Of a stretch of 64,000 nt of DNA, positions 58,878 through 64,000 are shown in pieces. Source of the DNA: Spirochaetia bacterium. GTDB taxonomy: Bacteria > Spirochaetota > Spirochaetia > SZUA-6 > Bin103. Position 1 is the stretch's first letter. The number at the start of each line of letters is the position of its first letter. The stretch covers positions 768,479-832,478 of the forward strand of contig CBDAOI010000003.1 in the NCBI GenBank assembly GCA_965198005.1, written 5' to 3'. The notes under the pieces were generated by a model that made no database searches, was not told the origin of the DNA, and saw only the letters and a program-made list of their open reading frames with translations. The position numbers and the translations under genes are program-made.

Positions 58878-60629
58878 ATGCCCCCCGCCTACCCCCGCAT
58901 TCCCTACGGCGAGGCCGACTTCAGGCGCATCCGCCTGAACCGCTGGCTGTACGTCGACAAGACCCGCTTCCTGCGGCGGCTGGAGGAGGAGCGCTACGCC
59001 TTTCTGATCCGTCCGCGCCGCTTCGGCAAGTCGCTGTGGGTCTCCCTGCTGGAGAACTACTACGACCGTTTCTGGGCCGGCGACTTCGACGCCACCTTCG
59101 CCGGTACCGACGTCGGGCAGGACCCGACCGGGGAACAGAGCCGCTACGTCACCCTGCGCTTCAACTTCTCGATGGTCAACGACAAGCTCGAAACGCTGGA
59201 GCGGGAGTTCGAGACCTACTGCCTGATAGAGCTCCGGGGGACGCTGCGGCGGCATCCCGACCTGTTTCCCGAAGCGGCGGTGCGGGACATCCTGGCGCCG
59301 CCCTCCATCGCCACCAAGCTTTCCGAGCTGTTCCGGTACGCGGGTGACCACGACATCCCGCTGTACGTGCTGATCGACGAGTACGACAACTTCGCCAACA
59401 CCGTGCTGGCATACCACGGCGCGGAGGCGTACCACTCCTTCACCCACGGCGGCGGCTTCTACCGCAACTTCTTCGCCACCCTCAAGGGCGGCGCGGGCCG
59501 CAGCGGCGGCGGTCTGGAGCGGCTGTTCATCACCGGCGTGTCGCCGATCACGATGGACGACGTGACCAGCGGCTTCAACATCGGCAAGAACATCAGCCTG
59601 CACCCGGACTTCAACGAGATGGTCGGCTTCACCGAGCCGGAGGTGGGGCACCTGGTCGAGACCTACCGGGACTTGGGCGTGTTCAACCAGGAGGTCGGAA
59701 CCGCCATGGGCATCATGGGCCAGTGGTACAACGGCTACCGGTTCTCCGAGGAAGCTGAAACCGATCTGTACAACACCGACATGGTGCTCTACTACCTGGA
59801 CAACTCGATTCCCAACCGAGACGTCCCGACGTACCTGATCGACACCAACGTGCGCATCGACTACGGCAAGCTGCGCCACCTGCTGGTGACCGGGCGGCAG
59901 CTCAACGGCAACTTCGACCTGCTGCGGGACGTGATCGGCGAGGAGCAGGTGGACACCCGCATCCAGCCCGGCTTTCCGCTGAAGGACCTCACCAAGCCGG
60001 AGAACTTCCTGTCGCTGCTGCACTACTTCGGGCTGTTGAGCATCCGCGACGTGGTGGAGCGGGTGCCGCGGCTGGCGATTCCGAACCAGACGGTGAAGCG
60101 GTTGATGTACGGCTTCCTGCGCGATGGCTACCGCGACGTGGAGGTGTTTTCAGTAAACCTGTTCCGGTTCGAGCAACTGATGATGCGGATGGCCACCGAG
60201 GGCGAGTGGCGGCCGGCGTTCGAGTTCCTGAGCGAGGCGATCGCGCGGCAGACGGGGATCCGTGACTACATCAGCGGGGAGAAAGTGATTCAGGGGTTCC
60301 TGGCCGCCTATCTGAGTGTGGCCGATCACTACGTGTTCCGCTCGGAGGCGGAGTTGGGCAAAGGCCACGCGGACATCTGCCTGGAACCGCTGGTGGCGCG
60401 CTACCCGAACCTGCAGCGCGGTTATCTGATCGAGCTGAAGTACCTGAAGCGCAGCGAGTCGGTGGACGAGGCCGCCGTGGCGGCGGCGGCCTCCGAGGCA
60501 ACGGCGCAGCTTGAGCGGTACCTGGCGGAGGAGCGGCTGGCGCGGCAGTTTCCGGGGGTGCGCTTCATCGGCCTGATCGTGGTGTTCCACGGCTGGGAGA
60601 TGGTGTTCTGCGATGCTGTGCGGCGGTGA
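58878..60629 (+). CDS. AAA-ATPase-like N-domain plus PD-(D/E)XK nuclease-like C-domain protein (DUF1703 / PDDEXK_9 architecture).
   Basis: N-terminus: YGEADFRRIRLNRWLYVDKTRFLRRLEE…FLIRPRRFGKSLWVSLLENYY (a degenerate P-loop, AAA-ATPase_like). C-terminus: …GKGHADICLEP…GYLIELKYLK (PD-(D/E)XK-like). Confidence 0.65.
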   Translation: MPPAYPRIPYGEADFRRIRLNRWLYVDKTRFLRRLEEERYAFLIRPRRFGKSLWVSLLENYYDRFWAGDFDATFAGTDVGQDPTGEQSRYVTLRFNFSMVNDKLETLEREFETYCLIELRGTLRRHPDLFPEAAVRDILAPPSIATKLSELFRYAGDHDIPLYVLIDEYDNFANTVLAYHGAEAYHSFTHGGGFYRNFFATLKGGAGRSGGGLERLFITGVSPITMDDVTSGFNIGKNISLHPDFNEMVGFTEPEVGHLVETYRDLGVFNQEVGTAMGIMGQWYNGYRFSEEAETDLYNTDMVLYYLDNSIPNRDVPTYLIDTNVRIDYGKLRHLLVTGRQLNGNFDLLRDVIGEEQVDTRIQPGFPLKDLTKPENFLSLLHYFGLLSIRDVVERVPRLAIPNQTVKRLMYGFLRDGYRDVEVFSVNLFRFEQLMMRMATEGEWRPAFEFLSEAIARQTGIRDYISGEKVIQGFLAAYLSVADHYVFRSEAELGKGHADICLEPLVARYPNLQRGYLIELKYLKRSESVDEAAVAAAASEATAQLERYLAEERLARQFPGVRFIGLIVVFHGWEMVFCDAVRR

Positions 60630-60702
60630 CCCGGACCCATCGCACGACGCGTATCTCGTTGGTCGTTGGCCTGGCGGCGACGACGCTGAACGTGGCGGTC
60701 GC

Positions 60703-61821
60703 TCAATGCCAGCCGTCGCGTGCGAACCGCTCCAGCGCGTCCTCGTCCAGGACGATGCCGAGCCCCGGCTCCTGCGGCAGCACCAGGCTGCCGTCGCGGG
60801 TCTCCAGCCGCGTTCGGAACACCTCCATCAGATTGAGCACCTCGGTGTCGGTGAAGAACTCGACCCAGGTGGCGTTCGGGGTGGCCGCCACCAGGTGGAC
60901 GTGGAGGTCGGCGAACCAGTGGGGGGCGACCGTGATGCCGTGGGCGGCGGCCAGTGCCGCGATCCGGCGAAATTCGGTCACGCCGCCGCACACCGCAGCG
61001 TCGGGCTGCAGAATCGCGGCGGCGCCGTGATTGAGGATCTCCTGGAAGTCCCAGCGGGTCTGATGGATCTCGCCGGTGGCGACCGGCGGCTCCACCGCGG
61101 CCGCCACCGCGGCGTGCGCGGCCAGCTCGTCGGGCGGGTTGGGCTCCTCGATCCAGCCGAGGTCGTACTCCTCCCAGCAGCGCACCGCGCGGATTGCGGA
61201 GGCGGCGTCGGGCCAGGCATTGTTGGCGTCGGCGAACAGGTCGACGTCGTCGCCGATCGCCCGCCGCACCGCCGCGATGCGCGCGGCATCCTCGCGCGTG
61301 CCGACCCGGCCCACCTTGATCTTGACCGCGCGGAAGCCGGCGTCGACGTAGCGCGCGCACTCGGCCGCCAGGTCGTCTGGGGTCTTGCCTGCCAGGTAAT
61401 AGCCGCCGCTGGCGTACGCGGGCACCAGGTCGCGGTACGCCGCGCCCAGGTAGCGGTACAGCGGCAGCCCGGCGGCCCGCGCGTTGGCGTCCCACAGGGC
61501 GACGTCCAGCGCGCTCATGGCGCGCACCACCGCCCCGCGCCGCCCCATCAGCAGCGCGTCCTGGTACGTGGCGGCCCAGATCGCCTCGGTCTCGTGCGCG
61601 TCGCGGCCGACCACGTGCGGCGCCAGCAGGTCGCGCACCGCCGCGGTGACGATCCAGCCGGCGGCGTTGCCGCAGTAGCAGTACCCCAGCCCCTCGATCC
61701 CGGTCTCGGTCCTGACCCGGACCAGGGTGTAGTGCCGCTCCGCCATGGTCCGCGTGGACAATGCGGTGACCACCCGCAGCGGAATCACCAGGGTGGCCGC
61801 GGCGACCTCGGTAACCTTCAC
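60703..61821 (-). CDS. Enolase-superfamily enzyme (mandelate racemase / muconate lactonising enzyme family).
   Basis: …KIKVGR…, …DANNAW…, …IEEP… carry metal ligands at the canonical spacing, in a 373-aa barrel. The likely start is a GTG at 61821 (VKVTEV). The long upstream ORF is GC-rich run-on. Confidence 0.7.
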   Translation of the reverse strand: MKVTEVAAATLVIPLRVVTALSTRTMAERHYTLVRVRTETGIEGLGYCYCGNAAGWIVTAAVRDLLAPHVVGRDAHETEAIWAATYQDALLMGRRGAVVRAMSALDVALWDANARAAGLPLYRYLGAAYRDLVPAYASGGYYLAGKTPDDLAAECARYVDAGFRAVKIKVGRVGTREDAARIAAVRRAIGDDVDLFADANNAWPDAASAIRAVRCWEEYDLGWIEEPNPPDELAAHAAVAAAVEPPVATGEIHQTRWDFQEILNHGAAAILQPDAAVCGGVTEFRRIAALAAAHGITVAPHWFADLHVHLVAATPNATWVEFFTDTEVLNLMEVFRTRLETRDGSLVLPQEPGLGIVLDEDALERFARDGWH

Positions 61822-62534
61822 TTCTTGACGTACTGGTGGCCGCCCATGATCGCGCGCACCTCTTCCAGCCCCTTGGCCTGCATCAGGTTGCCGACCCGTT
61901 CCTCCTCCTCGGCGAGCAGCTTCTTGGCGTTGGTCACCACCTCTTCCAGCCGGTCCCCCGGAAACTTGACCGCGCCGTTCTCGTCCAGGTGCACGATCTC
62001 GCCCGGGGCGACGTCCATCCCGCACATGCTCACCGGCACCTGCACCGCCTGCAGCGCCTGATTGCCGTGGCCGGCGCAGATGCCCCGCGTCAGATACTGG
62101 AACTTCATCGGACGGATCTCGTGGATGTCGCGCGACGGGCCGTTGGTGATGGCGCCGACGGCGCCGCAGGCGCGCATCGCGGAGGTCATGTTGCCGCCCG
62201 ACAGTCCTACCTTGTCGGCGATCTCCGGCGGGAAGGCTTGGTTGAGGCAGCAGATCGAGGGCTTGCCGACCCGGTCCACTGCTTCCAGCAGGTCCATCAG
62301 GCTCAGCCCCCGGTAGCCGGGGTCGGCGAGGCCGAAACTGCAGGTTACCGCGTACCCCGCCATCGGCCCCAGCTCCGGATACCAGCAGCGCAGGCGGTTG
62401 TCGGTGTACCAGTTCGCTTCCCAGGGGTGGTACAGGTCCAGGCTCAACTCGTGGCCCGGGTAGGTGGCGACCACGTTGGTCACCGTGGGCGTGTCGATCT
62501 GCTTCAACTCTTCCAGCAGCTCGAGGTCGGTCAT
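61818..62534 (-). CDS. RraA-family protein (RraA / HMG-CHA aldolase-like).
   Basis: …IDTPTVTNVVATYPGHE…LDENGAVKFPG… is a 238-aa RraA-like fold. Its stop overlaps the start of the downstream enolase-family gene. Confidence 0.6.
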   Translation of the reverse strand: MTDLELLEELKQIDTPTVTNVVATYPGHELSLDLYHPWEANWYTDNRLRCWYPELGPMAGYAVTCSFGLADPGYRGLSLMDLLEAVDRVGKPSICCLNQAFPPEIADKVGLSGGNMTSAMRACGAVGAITNGPSRDIHEIRPMKFQYLTRGICAGHGNQALQAVQVPVSMCGMDVAPGEIVHLDENGAVKFPGDRLEEVVTNAKKLLAEEEERVGNLMQAKGLEEVRAIMGGHQYVKK

Positions 62535-62658
62535 GATTGGTGCTCCTTGCGGATGGATTGGGTTGCGGGGATTCTCGGGTTTATCGCCGCGTTAGTCGAG
62601 GGGGCGGGGGGATAAGGAATGTGGGGAGGGGGTGCGCGATTCGGGGTAGGATGGCGCC

Positions 62659-63906
62659 GTGCTCGGCATCCTGAAGATGGACAACCCGATCCAGCGCTAC
62701 GCCTGGGGGTCGACGGCGACGCTGGCGCGCCTGTGCGGGCGGCCGCCGGCGGCGGAGCCGGAGGCGGAGCTGTGGATGGGGGCGCATCCGCAGGCGCCGT
62801 CGGCGGTGACGGTGGCGGGGCGGCGGGTCGGCCTCGACCGGCTGCTGGCCGAGCGCCCGCGCGCGGCGCTGGGGGCGGTGGCGGACCGGTTCGGGGCGCG
62901 GCTGCCGTTCCTGCTGAAGGTGCTGGCGGTGGCGCGGCCGCTGTCGATCCAGGCGCACCCCTCGCGGGCGCAGGCGGAGGTCGGCTACGCGCGCGAGGAG
63001 GCGGCCGGCATCGCGCGCGCCGCGGCGCACCGCAACTACCGCGACCGCAACCACAAGCCGGAGGTGGTGGTGGCGCTGGAGCCGTACTGGCTGCTGAGCG
63101 GGTTCCGTTCGTGCGCGGAAATCGGCGCGCGGCTGCGCGATCTGGGCGGCGCCGCGCTGCAGCCCGCGGTGGGGAGGCTGCTGGCGCAGCCGGGGCCGGC
63201 CGCGCTGCGCGCCCTGGTTGCGACCCTGCTGGGCCTGGCCGAGCCGCAGCGGGCGGAGCTGGTGGCGCGCGCCGCGGCGGGGGCGGAGCAGGCGGAGCGG
63301 GCGGCGGCGGACGATCCGGCGGCGCGCTGGGTGCGGCGCCTGGCCGCGGAGTACCCGGCCGACGCGGGCGTGCTTGCCCCCTACCTGCTGAACCTGGTGC
63401 GGCTGGCGCCGGGCGAGGGGCTCCATACCGCGGCCGGGGTGCTGCACACCTCGCTGCAGGGCAGCGGCGTCGAGCTGCAGGCCAACTCCGACAACGTGCT
63501 GCGCTGCGGCCTCACGCCCAAGCACGTCGACGTACCCGAGCTGCTGCGGATCGGCCGCTTCGAGCCGGGCGCCGCGCAGGTCATCCGCGGCTCCGTGCGG
63601 CGCGCGCCGGCCACGGCGGCCGCCGCCGAGGAGCGGCACTACGCCACGCCGGCGGCGGAGTTCGCGTTGTCCGAGATCCGCCTGGCCGGCGGCCCGGCGG
63701 CGGCCGCCACCGGCGGCCGGCCGGAGGTGCTGCTGGTCCTGGACGGGCCGTGCGCGGTGACCGATGACGCCGGGCGCGGTACGCCGTGCCGGCCGGGCGA
63801 TGCGCTGTTCGTGCCGGCCTGCGTGGCCGGCTGGAACGCGCGCGGCGCGGGGCGGCTGTTCCGCGCGCGTGTGCCGCACGTGAACAGCACCGCCACCAGC
63901 GCGTAG
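62659..63906 (+). CDS. manA: Mannose-6-phosphate isomerase, class I.
   Basis: NPIQRYAWGS, ELWMGAHP and PFLLKVLAVARPLSIQAHP are type-I PMI signatures. The start is either the GTG at 62659 or the ATG at 62683. Confidence 0.8.
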   Translation: MLGILKMDNPIQRYAWGSTATLARLCGRPPAAEPEAELWMGAHPQAPSAVTVAGRRVGLDRLLAERPRAALGAVADRFGARLPFLLKVLAVARPLSIQAHPSRAQAEVGYAREEAAGIARAAAHRNYRDRNHKPEVVVALEPYWLLSGFRSCAEIGARLRDLGGAALQPAVGRLLAQPGPAALRALVATLLGLAEPQRAELVARAAAGAEQAERAAADDPAARWVRRLAAEYPADAGVLAPYLLNLVRLAPGEGLHTAAGVLHTSLQGSGVELQANSDNVLRCGLTPKHVDVPELLRIGRFEPGAAQVIRGSVRRAPATAAAAEERHYATPAAEFALSEIRLAGGPAAAATGGRPEVLLVLDGPCAVTDDAGRGTPCRPGDALFVPACVAGWNARGAGRLFRARVPHVNSTATSA

Positions 63907-64000
63907 CCGCCCGCGGCGAGCAGATGAACGGGCGAGACCGGCCCGGTGATCATGATCGCCGGCGTGCCGTGTTGCGGTATCAGGCGTCCCCGGCGGCCGG

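Noticed and set aside
62581-63879. 432-aa minus-strand ORF (Arg/Ala/Gly-rich) opposite manA
   Set aside because: It is a low-complexity shadow ORF typical of high-GC DNA. The plus-strand ORF has unambiguous mannose-6-phosphate isomerase motifs.
1-64000. CRISPR arrays, rRNA and tRNA genes
   Set aside because: No regularly spaced direct repeats with unique spacers were seen, and no rRNA-like or cloverleaf tRNA-like stretches were recognised by eye. A tRNAscan or CRISPR-finder run would be needed to exclude them formally.
1-64000. ABC transporter ATPase genes (DppD/DppF-type) expected next to the permease pairs
   Set aside because: No Walker A/B plus ABC-signature (LSGGQ) ORF was found anywhere in the window. 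Their absence is reported as a finding rather than annotated.

Overview
This is a GC-rich (~65%) bacterial window dominated by accessory and decaying sequence rather than a tidy core region. Two themes recur.

**1. A duplicated transporter cassette.** The unit is a family-5 substrate-binding protein (SBP), a DppB-type permease, a DppC-type permease, a ~900-aa PEP-utilising (PPDK-N + His-swivel, rifampin-phosphotransferase-like) enzyme, and a SurE nucleotidase.
- Copy A (2-7894) has a frameshifted DppB-type permease.
- Copy B (30789-38532) is intact except for a frameshifted surE.
- Locus C (48707-52445) is a third, divergent SBP plus two permeases with no kinase or SurE.
- A degraded fourth relic lies on the minus strand at 11001-14175.
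- A permease fragment at 45060-45320 is interrupted by a group II intron.
- No ABC ATPase gene accompanies any copy.
- The SBP-to-permease spacers of A and B carry ~400-460 bp clusters of hairpin repeats bounded by GTCATTGCGAG / CTCGCAATGAC inverted repeats. Each SBP stop codon is followed by a conserved hairpin.

**2. A mobile-element graveyard.**
- A Mu/Tn5053-like module sits on the minus strand: orf312, tniA, tniB and an AAA_25 RecA-like ATPase, with overlapping stop/start codons. Its tniA is split by a complete 3.5-kb recombinase-in-trio (RIT) element (three tandem tyrosine recombinases, ~100-bp terminal inverted repeats).
- The module's proposed left end (16205-16331) abuts a truncated 3-keto-5-aminohexanoate-cleavage-enzyme (BKACE) gene; whether the module truncated it is inferred from adjacency.
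- A deletion derivative of the same composite lies at 40790-42867 (tniB and AAA_25 fragments, a ritB fragment, a ritC-like gene). It sits next to a second, divergent tniA/tniB-like pair.
- Other elements: two copies of a group II intron (copy 1 is 5'-truncated with a 31-bp tandem duplication in its intron-encoded protein (IEP); copy 2 looks intact), a multiply frameshifted IS4/ISNCY-like transposase, a REP sequence with an IS200-like RAYT fragment, an HNH endonuclease with coding tandem repeats, a RelE/RHH toxin-antitoxin pair, Phd and DUF4143 fragments, and a 19-C homopolymer.

Ordinary metabolic genes fill the rest: SDR, VOC, alpha/beta hydrolase, two NADP-dependent oxidoreductases, a Zn-ADH, an AAA-ATPase/PD-(D/E)XK protein, an enolase-superfamily enzyme with an RraA-like partner, and ManA. 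No rRNA, tRNA or CRISPR array was recognised. All calls rest on reading the translations and the DNA by eye; no database search was possible.
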